From: Ylistrum balloti
Taxonomy: Eukaryota
Reading direction: 5' to 3'
Assembly (NCBI RefSeq): GCF_031769215.1
Contig: NW_026782772.1
Coordinates: forward strand, 1-64,000
Length of the DNA stretch: 64,000 nucleotides
The notes under the pieces were generated by a model that did not search any database, had not been told where the DNA came from, and was given only the letters and a program-made list of their open reading frames with translations. How positions within the stretch are numbered: the first letter of the stretch is position 1; each line of letters starts with the position of its first letter. The position numbers were made by a program, and so were the translations under genes. Of this stretch, positions 25,516 to 38,583 are shown in pieces.

Positions 25516-25893
25516 CTTAATTTATTCAAGTTACCTCTATGGGGACAGCGTACATAATGTATAATGGTATGGCAGATGCGTCATATGTTGTCACTATGGG
25601 TTAAATATATAATTCCATGATTCAATATAAATAACACAAAGACGTAATCTTTTGAAGAAAATTTCAATTTTAATATTTAAAACATGCATAACTGGCTAGT
25701 ATTCAAACAACAAAACATATATACAGTCAAAATGATTACCACTGGTATTACATGCACAAACAAAGTTTACACTGGTATATACATATTAACATTTATAATT
25801 ACATATTTACATGCACATGTACATGTATCAACATTCACATAAGCACAAATTTTCGAGTACACAAAATTGGAAGCACTTTTGCATTGTGATTTC

Positions 25894-28588
25894 TTAAAGC
25901 AACTTTTTCAATCTTGGCAATTTGCTATTGTCAATGACATGTTTGTTCTCATCTGGAGCCCTTTGAATATTTCTGTGTTTTGGTGCTAGAGCCTGAGATC
26001 CTACACAGCGAATTTGATTCAGAGCATTCATATACTGTCAGATTGTTGTTAGCTCCACTTTTATGTCGCAAATGTCCGAAATGTTGTTCTAAAGGATCCT
26101 GGTTGAAAGAGTGCATTAAAATGAAAGGGGCACCTTTTCCTAGCATAAATTTCACACATTCTGTAATGGAAGCAACCGTCAAATGCAGTCCATTTAAGGT
26201 TTGGTGGCTTAATTTCATGCTAACTTTTTGTGCTCCTGTAAAGTTTCCTGGTCGGTTTTCAACACTTTGGTCCCAGTCCGCAAGATATTGCAAAAAGTCT
26301 GAGGAGAGCCATTCTAGCCTGTCATCATTAGCACTTTTATATGGGTCCAAGTTAGGGTTCCTTTTATTTCTCCCTTCATATAAACTTCGGACATTTAAAC
26401 AGTCAAAGAATTTGTTAAACTTTCTGATGAAATTGACTGTTTCACTAAGTTGATGATCATTCAAGTCCTCCAGAGCATTGGAAACAGTATCAATCATCAC
26501 TTGCGCTGCCAGGTTTACTTTCATATAAGTAAAGGCATTCAACTCTATATGATCACGCGTCAACTTTGGACAAGGGTTATACAGTTCCAGTTCACAATGC
26601 TTCTCAAACAAATTGACGATGTGTACCCATGATATATCCTTTCCATCTTTCCACAGCTGTCTTGAATTTCTATGCCAATGTGAATTACTGAAACAGTTTC
26701 TGGTGGTTTTTAATAGATGAGGTACATCAGATATAAAGTAAACTTTGCGACTTGTGTCAAATGGATTTTCAGTACAATGTACATTCACATTAGCATCACA
26801 AGTTCTGTGTAAATTGAAGAATTTCCTGTTGGCAGATGCACCATCACAAGTTATGAATAACACTTTCAGTTCAATAGTTTCTAATATGGATACGCCCTTC
26901 CACACAATTGGATACAAATAATCTGCTGTAATACTAGTAGTGGCAAAACCAGCAAATGGAAACTTTAACCTTGTTGTAATGCCACGCACCATTAACACCA
27001 ACATGTACTTGGCTACACTTGATTTTGCACCTTTTGTTAGTCTCTCCAATTCCATCATGTGATTTCCAACAGAATCTAAGTCACAGTATCCAATCAGTTC
27101 CCCTGTGTGTTTATCATAATCCAAATCTTCTTTCACTTTCACTTCATCAAATAACAGTCCAACATAGCACTTCCATGGTTCACTTTCATTAAACATGTCT
27201 TTTTTAGCGGCCTCCTCCTTTAGCACTTTAATGATGTCATTTTGGAACCCAAGAGCACTTTTTGTGTAATGAGAATGGTCAAATAATGTTCTAGCACTTG
27301 GTAGCTTAACAAATCCTGAATCACGCAAAGATTAATAAGCACTTGATGACTTCTGTCTTAAAAAAAGACACCAACGGATGATCATAGGATGCCACCTCAT
27401 ACCATTTTTACCACTTCTCTCAAACATCAACTGTTGCTCCCAAAACAATCTTTGAAAACTGTTGCCATCAGGAAAAGCACTGACCATATCATTATGACAT
27501 GTTGACATTAAGTCTTTGATTTCCATTGATTGCACTTTATCAAGACAAATACCATTATTCAAAATCTCATTTTTGTACTGTCTCTTCAGCTTGCTGATTT
27601 CACTTTCTAAAGATTTTATTTCCTCTTTCTGTTGGTACACCTTTCTCACCAACATCTCTTTTGTCATGTCTTTGTGTTTGTATATGCTATGCACAAAGTC
27701 GCGTGTCTCATTCTTTCTTTCTTCCATCCTCTGGTTTCTTGCTTTTAATAATTTCCGGTGAATTTTGCAGGACTTGCACCTGTTACCATTTACCAACAAA
27801 TCACAGGAAACTGAACTTATGGTCGAGTGGTAAACAAAGTCACCAAATGATGCACAAAAATCACCTTCTTTGTATCCTTTGATTCCGGCTGTTTCTTTGT
27901 CGGTGATTCCACATCCTACTGGGACCAACTCCTGAAAATCCTCATCCAGGTTACCAATACACACATTGTACTGAAGTAATCTTTTTAATAAGAGCAAAAT
28001 GCTATCTGATGATTTGAATTCTGAAGGTAGGCCACTCCATATCTCATGATCAGCACTCATTTCAACTTGATGAACATGAACTTTGACTTTGTAGTTAGTG
28101 TCAATTGTGACATCCCTCTTGACTACACTCTCGTTGTTGTGGTCATAAAACCCCAATATTTTCATTTGTTTTGAAGCACTATTCAATACAAAGGGTGCAC
28201 ATACAGCATCATGTAAATCACTCTTCAAAGCATTATAGTCAATGTCAGAATCTGTAGCACATTCCTGAGATATAATGGAAACAGGAACATAATCATGGTC
28301 ATGGAAAATTGTAGTAGCACTTGTAGAAATGTCTTCATGTATTACACATGTATCACTTACTGGAATGTCATCATCCAATAAACATGTAGCACTTGTAGAA
28401 ATGTCTTCATGAAATGTTTCGACAATGAAATCATCTACTATACACATATTTACATTGGCAACATTGTCAAGACTTATATCACCATCAATGTCTGTATAAA
28501 TATTTACATCATCAGTTTTTCTCCTTTTTCTGTTGGTTTGATATTTCCTCTTCTGGTAAACACTGGACCTTTTCTTTCTTCCAGGCAT
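25894..28588 (-). pseudogene. P-element/THAP9-like transposase without a THAP domain
   Basis: RWHPMIIRW, LPSARTL, LLFDEVK, ITCDGAS, SDVPHLLKTTRN, MKVNLAAQV, NQDPLEQHFG; one nonsense codon (27329-27331) and a frameshift near 26030. Confidence 0.9.
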
Positions 28589-28699
28589 AATGGCAGTTCT
28601 GAGAGCCTGAAATGCATCAACAAAATGAAACTTATTGCATGAAAATGAAAATCAACTCTTAAAAGAAAGCTTCCATTTCTGCTAGGGACTAGGTTTGCG

Positions 28700-30010
28700 A
28701 TAAATTTGTTTCTCCCTTGCTCCCTCGCATTCGGATCAGAGCGTGGCTAACAACCTCACCATCTCCTCCTCATCATACTCTCCGGCCGCTGCTCTTACGA
28801 GTAGCTCCGTACTTTTTCCGACGAACCGTTCGCTGCCCCGTGTTTGCACTGCCTCTGCGAATTATTCATTGTTTTTTACAGATTCTTTTGCTTTTGGCAC
28901 ATTTGAAGTAGGGTGTACTCCATCGAGACTACTCTTGGTAGTTCGAGCGGCGGCAGTAACGGCCTTCTTCGTTAAATTCAGCGTGGCTCACCTAGTGCGC
29001 ACCTGCCGACTGGTTTTGTTGTCGAGCAGTTTGCCTAGCTCAGTTCAAGTTGCCCAGCGAGCCGCAGTGGACATCTCCCTGATTAGCTTGTCTTCATCCT
29101 CATTAAATATTTTAGATTTGGTAGGTTCTGTTCTTGGATAATTGCCAGTCTCACTACTGGTTACACCACTTGCATTTTGTCTCTGATTTCGCTAGTGTTC
29201 CAGTTCATTTTGAAAGGCAAGCAATCGCCTCTCGTTTGCAAAACATGAATGACTATGCCTTTTGTGCTGTCCAAGCCCAATTTTGGTTTTAAACGATTCA
29301 TTACAAATCTCGCATTCAAATGCATCGCTTTCTCCACACTCAATGGTGGGTTCTTGAGGTCCCGCTGCATCAGGTTGGCCTTTCAATCCATCATCCTGTA
29401 TCAAAATTGGTTTGGAAGCACTTCCCCAGTATGCTTCCTTTTGCATTTGCCAGAGTGTATTGCAATCCCCTGTAATGTTGGGATTGATTTCTGGCATATG
29501 GCACAATTGGATCGGAGGGTCTCGTCATGTTTGTCATCGATGTGTTTGTTTGATCAACGATTTTGGGTCGACGATTAATTCCCAACACACCCCACAGCGA
29601 TGTGTCTTGAATAGGAATGTGACCGTAAATGTGCCCTCTTGGCGCACATCCTCCAACCATATTTGGCCATCCGGCAAAATCGGAATATCTTCAGGATCAT
29701 GATTATGTAGAGAACTCTTGTGCCTGGACTCTAATGTCATGCTAGGGAGTTTGGCGTTCTCTTCGAAACCCGTGAGATCCGCCAATGAGACTCAACCATT
29801 TGTCCAGATTGCGATTTTTGGGAAGTATTAGAGTGTGTCACCCATTCCCAGTGGTGTGTCATACGGCGCACGAGTCCAGCACACTGGGCTGACTCTCTAT
29901 GCCTTTTATAGGAGGGCACGGCTCCCTTAACACTTTTGATATTCAGTGTCGATTTTTGGAATTTATGCATCATATTGGCTATTACTTGGCCTGCGTAGCT
30001 CTGTCCAACC
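28700..30010 (-). pseudogene. N-terminal region of an R2-clade non-LTR retrotransposon (3 zinc fingers plus Myb)
   Basis: HRCGVCWELIVDPKSLIK/HIDDKH, NCAICQKSIPTLQGIAIHSGKC, FECEICNESFKTKIGLGQHKRHSH, and Myb-like FNEDEDKLIREM..RW..LGKLLDNKTSRQVRTR; frameshifts and stops. Confidence 0.75.
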
Positions 30011-30220
30011 TTGGACGCCATATTGCCTAGCCTATGCACTCAGTTACCACTGCGCTACAGTCAGAGAAACCCTGGTGTTCTAAATGGCCTGTCTTCTACG
30101 ACCACTGGTCACTTATTCAGAGACCAGGTTTTTATATTTGAGACCGAAAGAAAAATTTCACTCAAACTAGCATAATTGTTTTATTTCTTGTCGACTAAAA
30201 CTGATGAAATTCTTATCAGG

Positions 30221-30313
30221 CATACATTAAAAGTCCGCTCCATAGATGTTACCTGGGAAACGTAACAAACGCCGGAGCGGACTTTTTTCAGGTATACAAT
30301 AAAAGTCCGCTCC
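30221..30313. repeat. Cluster of AAAAGTCCGCTCC motifs (2 direct, 1 inverted)
   Basis: 13-bp motif near 30229 and 30301, inverse GGAGCGGACTTTT near 30274. Confidence 0.75.
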
Positions 30314-30329
30314 AGAAATATCTCATACT

Positions 30330-32350
30330 TACACTTTCCCAATCTTCTGTCGTTGCCTGCTCCTTTCCCTGAAAAACTATATATAAATGCATTATTTCGT
30401 TTACCTGTTTTGGACACAAAGAGATAAGAAAATGACAATTACATTCCAATGGTGTCAAATATATATAATGATAAAATCTGCCTTACCACTTCTATTTCTT
30501 CTCTCCAATTCTTCATCGCCTTCCAGTTCTTTGCTTTTCTTTCTACTGACGCCTTTCTGTTCTGTTCCTGGAGAACGGACAATGCGTAAACTCATTAACT
30601 TAAAAAATCGTTATCACATTCTGTAAAAAGTAGATTTCTTACTGTTTTAAATTTCAAATAATGTGTCAAAATCATATACTCACCCTCCTTTCCCTCTCCT
30701 TCACTTCCGCCAGGTCCAACGTTTCCAGGATGCCCTCCATGGCCAATCGCGTCCCTTCCATACGCTCTCTCCTCTTCTCTCTCCTTTCCTACAATAAATA
30801 AAAGAAGTAAATTTAGTCTTTGGTGTTTTCACAGTTGTACTACAACACTATGTTTAACTATTTTGTATCTGCGATAACGCTTAAAATGGGCCTGCCACTT
30901 GAAGGCTCCAGACAGGAACTATATGAAATTCCCCAGGGAGGCCAGGTAGACTTTTACTGTACCTGGTTTCAGCCTGGAAAGTAAAAAAAACAAAAAAACG
31001 TACGGGGTATTTAAAGCTGACTGGGTACAGAAAACCAAGTTAAAATCAATACATTGTTATGGTCACACATACATATTTCAGTATCGGGCTTAATAAAAAC
31101 CTGGTCAGTTTTAAAGAGCTTTCCGTAAGTGTCATGTTTCTGCCACATGTATGATTGAAATTTAACTAACCTCGTTAACAACTGGTCTACCGGTCCCCCT
31201 TCCGTCCCATTGATCTCAAGGCCCTTGAGTGTCTCCTTGTTGACACCATTGGGAAGGAATGCCTTCATTGCCGTTTCATGGCTGGCCAGTGTCTTTTCGG
31301 TCATTCGCAGACCACTCGCCTGGTCCTTACACCTGTCCCTGTAATTAATATATATTTGTAATGATTTCATCAATAATTTTGTAACAGATTAGACAAAGTT
31401 TGATGTTTTTCGTTTTCTTGATTTCAACTTGAAGAATATGAAACCAAAAGTTTCCCTGCAAAATTAAATTTTCAGTTTATGATGTTGATGATTAAAATGT
31501 GCCATCTTTACTTACAAGTGATCCTTCAGGGCCTTTTCAAGGCTAAACATCCTTACCTCAACCCTGTCGGATAAACGGCCTGCAGACATCGCCAACGGTA
31601 ACTGAGGTGAAATGAAGGTCCAGACGCACAGTCTGCACACCACATTCAGCCTCCGGACAGTCACGTTGTGGGTATAAACGTCGGGTGCTGAAGGATTGAA
31701 TGTGGTTCTGGGCCTGCACCTATGTCATCTTGTGGAACTACAATGTACAAAAGTAATCAGAAACGTTAACGTCATGTAAATTAATGCTGACAAGTTTTCA
31801 AAATAAACACACATAAAACGCCTGTTGCACAAAAACATACGTCCAAACTTGTAACATCTATTGTGACTAGACCTCGGGTCACTGTGTGTATTCGAGTCAC
31901 TGTCACTGTGTATCATTTATTCCAAGTAGGAAACGTGCTATGATACGAATAAGAAAATAGATGGAATTTACTTGTGGTAGGCATGAGGTTTCCCGCCCGC
32001 ATTAAACATGAATATTTTGGATAAACCTGTAAAGTGAAAGGCTAAAAACAGTGCCTTCTTTTTCAAAATATCATATGTGAAGTTTCTTGTCCAACAACTT
32101 GCTTAAAAAGTTGGAAAATCAGGTCCTCCTCATCCTCTTCTTCTTTGCTTGCAAAACCTTCTATTACAAGATAAGTAGTTTTTTTTAATAAATCCATAAT
32201 TAATAACTAAAATTGGCACAGGAAATTGCCATACGTCAAGAAGTATTTATTCGATTAAGTCCGATGGTATATTTTTTGTTTTCATACTTACGTCTTCTTC
32301 CTCAGTAATGCTGGTCTCTGTCAGTTCCACCAAGATTTCCTCCATTATTT
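30330..32350 (-). pseudogene. Multi-exon gene relic with CPxxxC..RLDxH finger, recombinase core-binding-like motif and coiled coil
   Basis: Several GT-AG bounded exons (e.g. 31516-31713; acceptor at 31338); RDCPEAECGVQTVRLDLH, LKPGTVKVYLASLGNFI*FL, ERREKRRERMEGTRLAMEGILETLDL; in-frame stops. Confidence 0.45.
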
Positions 32351-32472
32351 CATTGAGAAACTGAAGTGAAAAACAACATGGTTATTTTAGAATTGGAGTT
32401 TGGTTGACCTCAACGCTAGATGTAGGAAGAGATTTCCAGATGGGAATGGGTGTGTTTGTGTGTGTGACAGAA

Positions 32473-33050
32473 CAACTTACAAATATTGAAACTTTCTTCA
32501 TCTCCCTCTTCTCTTCACTCCTCCTTCCTATTCCCCTTCCCCTCTTCTCCCTTTAGTATCCTCTCCGTCTCCCTCTCTGCTGTCACCAGTTCTCTTTCCC
32601 GCCTCCTGTCCTCTTCAGAAATTTCAAATTTCAGAAAGATTGGAGCAGAAATGGCTAAGTTATCAGCCAGGGAAAACAAAGCCCCCCTCCCCGCCACCGG
32701 CTAATGCAAACCACGTGGTCGCTTCATGGCAAGTCATTCATTAATATTTCAAAATATTCATTACAGATCTGGAACTATTATATACAGATAGAATCCTTTA
32801 TTCTTCATGAACGTTTGTGCCAGATTTCAAAAAGATCGGAGCAGATCTTACCATCATTTCCTTGAACTGCAAAAGCACCGTCAGGAAACTTTTCAATAAC
32901 TCAATTTCGTAAAATTGAAAATAATTAATATAAAGAGAATTGATTTACCGATTTCAATGGGACTTATTGCACAATAATTGTCTAATTAGTGTCTATTGTT
33001 TACCATATTGTAAATATGTCCTGCGCATGTGTAGCAAATGGCGATAAGGA
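32473..33050. repeat. ~570-bp repeat, copy 1
   Basis: Diverged direct repeat of 33942-34480, sharing GAACTGCAAAAGCACCGTCAGGAAAC and a CT-rich start. Confidence 0.9.
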
Positions 33051-33069
33051 AATAAGGATTGTGTCCCTC

Positions 33070-33510
33070 ATTATGATATATTTTGCGACTTTTTGGTTGT
33101 TGGCTTGTGCCAACAAGTCACCATTTTCATATACTACTGTAGGGTCCAGTATTACTGCTTGATTGTCCTTTTGCAGAACCATGTCTGGCACATATGTTCT
33201 GCCTTCGACCTTGAACCTTGGCTCGGCCAAAGCCACCCAGCCAGCACCTTTGGCTTTCTCCGACAGTGCTTTTACTAAGACATTGTGTCTTTTGATCCGG
33301 TAGTTTTGTGGCCCACAGTTTCAGATTGAAGCCCACAACGTCGGCATAATACATCTGGAGTATTACTTGCCCGAGCTAGGGTCACTTTACATGGAACTGT
33401 GTCGTCACGTAGTTGTAACCCTGTCACGAAGTCTTGGCCACGTATACTCTGGGGTCCTTAAGAAGGGACGGCATCACCAGTAACGGGGATTCCTTCCCTG
33501 ACCGAGCTTC
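33070..33510 (-). pseudogene. R2-like C-terminus: zinc knuckle plus restriction-like endonuclease
   Basis: CRRCGLQSETVGH..RIKRHN..GWVALAEPRF..PDMVLQKDNQAVILDPTVVYE..KVAKY. Confidence 0.85.
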
Positions 33511-33723
33511 CTTGTGGTGGTAAATCTGTGAACAGAAAAGTAGCTTAGTATAAAGATAAAACATTGTTATCACATTCTGCAACTTTCTTTTCTTTAAAAA
33601 CTATCTCTAACTAGTAAATTGATATATTACACTCGTGTCAATGTCATATGACATAAATTATTGAATTCATTTAATAAATAATGCATTCCTAAATAGTCAA
33701 AAAATATATCGGCTGAGATAAAA

Positions 33724-33940
33724 TTTGTAGCCGTTATCCTGTTCACTGATCTTGCATATTGATGGATCCATTGCTATGTTGAACAGGAGTGGAGAATGCG
33801 GATCACCTTGCTTAACTCCTTTTGTCATTGGTATCTTGCCCGTTTCTTTTCTATCTAACTGAAAGATCGTAGAAACGTCTTTGTAGAGGTCACAGACGAT
33901 TGCTATAAAATGACTATCGACCTCGAAGCGTTCTAGCCAA
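33724..33940 (-). pseudogene. R2-like RT fragment (GVKQGDP region)
   Basis: LERFEVDSHFIAIVCDLYKD..KGVKQGDPHSPLLFNIAMDP. Confidence 0.85.
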
Positions 33941-33941
33941 G

Positions 33942-34480
33942 CAACTTACAAATATTGAAAATCTCCCTCTTCTCTTCACTCCTCCTCTCACTCTCCTCCT
34001 TCCTATCCCCCTCTTCTTCCTTTAGTATCCTCTCTGTCTCCCTCTCTGCTCTCTCCAGTTCTCTTTCCCGTCTCCTGTCCTTTTCAGAAATTTCAAATTT
34101 CAAAAAGATCGGAGCAGAAATGGCTAAGTTATCAGCCTGGGAAAACCATGCCCCCCACCCCTCCCTGCCACCGGCGAATGCAACTCATGTGGTATTCATT
34201 AAAGATCTGGAAATGTTATATACAGATAGAATCCTTTATTGTTCATGAACATTTGTGGCAGATTTTAGAAAGATCGGAGCAGAACTTACCATCATTTCCT
34301 TGAACTGCAAAAGCACCGTCAGGAAACTTTTCAATAACTCAATTTCGTAAAATTGAAAATAATTAATATCAAGAGAATTGAATAACCGATTTCAATGGGG
34401 TTTCTTGCAAAATAATTGTCTATTCATTGTATATTTTTTTTAATATTGTAAATTTGTCCTGCGCATGTGTAGCAAAGGGC
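33942..34480. repeat. ~570-bp repeat, copy 2
   Basis: Diverged direct repeat of 32473-33050. Confidence 0.9.
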
Positions 34481-34749
34481 GATTACTCAATTTCATAAAA
34501 TTTGAAAATAATTAATATCAAGAAAATTTATGACCGATTTCAATGGGTTTTTTTTTCAAAATAATGGACTAATTGTTGTCTATTCTTTTCATAATATCAT
34601 CTTTTTTAGGTTCTTAAACATGAGGTCGAAATGTTATGAAAAAGATTTTAGGACTGAAAATCAGAAAAATGGTGATCCTTTGAATAGTCACCTTTTTTCC
34701 TTTTCCGCAGAAATAATTATAACCCCTGTAAATATTGTAAAACAATGAG

Positions 34750-37700
34750 CTACTAAGACTGAATATAGGGACAAACAGCAGTTTAAAATGTTCATACATA
34801 ATATTTGATAAAGAAGTTTCCATTACAGCAGGACCAGTGTACAGCAAAAACTGACGAAACTGTGGCTTTCCATCGATCTACTTCTCGTTAAGTTCTACCC
34901 TTTCTTAAAATTCATGAGGCAGATAGCCTCTCAAATCTAATAATCTGATTTCTTGGATATAGACGATGCACCTAAACTGCATTGAAATTGGCCCTTCATC
35001 CATAAAAAATATGAGACGTCGCATTACACCAAGACACACTAAATGCATATAGTCAATTGGAAATTGACTTATCATGCCTATAGATAGTTCTTCGAAAGGT
35101 GACGATCCGACATGATGCTGTGTTCTCAAATTCATCAAACTGCTTATCAGTTCTTTGAGGTGCATCTACTTGAGGAAAGGGCCTTTTAACATTCCAAACT
35201 CGCTTTTGACAACATTTGTCGCAGCCATAATATCCGTTGTGGCCTTTGATCTGCTTCACATAAGCTCTTGCAGGAGTATCACATGATACATGACAAAGAA
35301 CTAGCAGTTGTATCGTTTATATCCCCTGGGAAAATTGAACACATGTTTCCTGTATTACTTTCATTTCATTTTACCGTTCACTTTGTAAATTTCAGTCTAT
35401 AATAATTTTGAAGTCTTCATATTTCCGCTGCCACCAGTTCAAGATTAATTGAACAACAAATCAGGTAGATTCTATTTACACTTTATTTATAACACGAACA
35501 CAAATAAATCCATCAAATTATGTACACACACCACTTCTCTACTCACAGTCTCGAGTTACTTCCCTAATCATCCACAATTCTACTTTCCTTCCCCGTTCTA
35601 CACTATAAATCTACACAATATCTCGCTACTACTCTAAACCACCCGCTCCTACTTAACTCCCAAGTCGTTCTCCTCCCTTTCCTAACTCCTCCCAAAACAA
35701 AACTGTCATACTTCTCTCCTAATTCACACTACCCATAATTCCCTCAACTTTGGCCCCTGGGTCAGTATTACCGGACAGCCCCAACTTCTCATGCCATCTC
35801 AGTCTACACTCGCCCCTTCTAGAGTACAGATGGTCACTCTAATGATGTCCAGCGATTATCTATGGCTACCTAGATACTCCCTCCCAATAAAACTGCGACA
35901 CTGCCCACGAGCCAGAGCTGTTAAAGTGTCTAACAACTTATTTACGCTATAAACAAATTAAACGAATTTAACACTACTAAATGAATGAACATTTACTGGT
36001 TTCTGATTTCCAGAGTACAGACCTATGATAAATGGTTTTGAGGAAAACGGTGATATCAGGCGTCCTAATATTAGCCAAAACTGCAAACTAGAACTTTTAA
36101 AAAGTGGCAAGACATCAATAGTAATTTGTAAAGCCACAGAGGAAACATTGTCCGAAGGAATACTTGAATTGTTTTGCGATTCATATTTCACACCTGTTGA
36201 TACTCCAAAATGATCATACATTCCCGTACCCCCACCGATGTTTAACGTTGTATTTTGATGGTGTTTTGAGCAGTGACCTGGGATCTTCTGGTAAAAATGG
36301 ATGATGGTTGTGTAATAAATGCAGTAAATCTCTTAATGCCACATGTGATACATTAAACCTTGATGCCCATATTCTTAACTCATCTTCTTCAGAATGTTCC
36401 CTTTCGGATTCAGAATCTTTGACCGGGTTATCAGACACGTTACCTGAGCATGTGTCAGGATCATAAGTAATTTGATCATACGCCAAACTTTCGCAACATT
36501 GATCATTTCCATCATGCATTTTTTCCATGACAGCAGACTCTGAAGGAGTGTGGCTACACACAGTGTTTTCTGACATATCTTGATCATCTGAAAGCATGTC
36601 ATTAGAGTACCCCCAATGAAATTATCTGGAGACACCCTGGGAGCTGATACATTGCTGGAGTGTGAATTTGCAACAGACATCTCAGCATATTTAATAGAAT
36701 TATCAGGAGTAGCATGATCTGTTATAAATGTAGGCCAAATGTCCATTGACATTTGATCGAACTCTCCTATATGACTTCCAATATGAATTAGACGCCTTGT
36801 TTTAATTGATATATACATTATACAGGTACATGTATAACAGAAGCTCATTACAAATTTATCAATGAAAAAAATTCAAATGTTATTCTGAAACATTAAGAAT
36901 GAAATGAAACAATCTGAAAAACAATCATCTCTGAGACCGAGTTTTTTTTTTTTTTTTTTTTTGAAAATGAATACATGTATCAGGGTATGTATTCTAATGA
37001 TTTTTTAATTACACATACACATGCCTTTACTTAGTGCATTTTATATATGCAAGCGAAATCCTTTGTACTTAAGTTTATAACAAAGAGAGACAGAGAAGAA
37101 AAAATAGGCTAGGCCTAGTTTCCTCCTCAATATCACAAAAAGTTAAATCATATACATATGTTAGACCATACTAGAGATCTACAAAAATATCAAGTTTTAG
37201 AAAAAATGTAGGCCTAGAACATACAGGCCTATCTATTTGATTTTGAATGACATTCGTTAGGCCCATAAGTATGTAATGAAAGATAATAAGATAAAGACAA
37301 TAAATCAAAAGATTCTGGCTAAATCTATTTATTTTTCATTTTCAATTAAAAAGAATGGCTTATGCATAATTTCCTTCAAATAACTCGGCTATAATTGTCT
37401 CGGCCCAGGTACATGTATATATGGACAGGCTAGAATACAGGAATATTACCTACAATTTTCGTACCGGTAACAACACGTGTTCTAAATATAGATCTCACAA
37501 AGAAAACATCACATACAGTGTAGAACACACTCAGTGGCGGAACTTCACCTCAACACCCAGTAATATTATACACAAAGCTTAATCAAGATCTCGAACCATG
37601 TCTTCTTGCATTACAAAGACATTTGTGTTTGACGAATATCAGTAATTACTTTCGGGTCGGGTTGAGGAAGTTAGGAAACTTTCGAAAATATCACACAAAC

Positions 37701-38460
37701 AAACTCTTCCGCTCTTTTGACTTTGATCAAGTATCGACGGACTTACCAACAACACTGTATACTCTGGATAACGAACAATAGATTTTCAAAATAGTGCCTA
37801 TCAATTGTTCTATCACTTGCAGTCTAGATATGTGCTTTTGTTTCGTAAACTCGTGAGTTTTGATAAGGCTTCACACGCTGGACTCTCATAACACGTGACG
37901 AGATAGTTTAGCGCATGGGATGACGCTGTGGTGATTTTGTGTTAAATATGTACATGCTGAGTCATCTTTATGGACGTTTCTACGGAAGAAATTTTTGGTT
38001 TAAGTTGTGAAAACTACAATATATATATCGTTCTATACTGTATTACAATTAAACGAAGAAACAAACTTATCGCTGGTGGATCATGTATAGATCTATTATA
38101 AAAAAAACCCTCCGGATTTAAAGAATTATAGCAGCACAAAATCAATTTTCAAAATTAGAATTTACCATATAAATTTAGGCATTAACTTCAGTTACCTTCA
38201 CAATCTGGGCTTCAGCATTCTAAAGGTCCTTAAACTCGTCCAATTCATCCGATAGGTATCCAAAAGCAACGTAAAGCAAACAAATTAATATACTTTTAAG
38301 TAGCGAGTCTGGCAATATCGGCCCGTCATCGGTGCTGATGGAGCAGATGCTCACAACTACTGTATTTGTCAACGGGCCGACGTCGGCTGGATGTGGGTAA
38401 GCCGATAACGATATTCCCCAGCCAAGCCCACATGGGGCCGATATGGGCCTGTTTTCTGGG
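34750..38460 (-). mobile_element. CACTA/EnSpm-type DNA transposon relic
   Basis: [67 protein letters not shown]; probable terminus CCCAGAAAACAGG at 38460 with GC-rich subterminal repeats; second TIR not found. Confidence 0.75.
35421..35950 (-). mobile_element. LTR-like segment plus PBS interrupting the EnSpm transposase
   Basis: TGGTGGCAGCGG (tRNA-Leu-type PBS) at 35424-35435 on the minus strand; upstream non-coding purine-rich block. Confidence 0.45.
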
Positions 38461-38583
38461 ACATAGCTCTTTCCTGTACTTTTTAGCATCTCCAATAACT
38501 TTCTTGAGTAGGTACGAGTTCTCGGCACCACCAGGAGCTTCAATGAATCTCCTCTGCCTTTCGTTCATCTTGAACGTACCCAG
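38461..38583 (-). pseudogene. R2-like RT fragment (continues from 43564-43583)
   Basis: LAKRVLG|TFKMNERQRRFIEAPGGAENSYLLKKVIGDAKKYRKELC, matching the R2 RT QRGF..GCxEN..LL motif. Confidence 0.85.
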
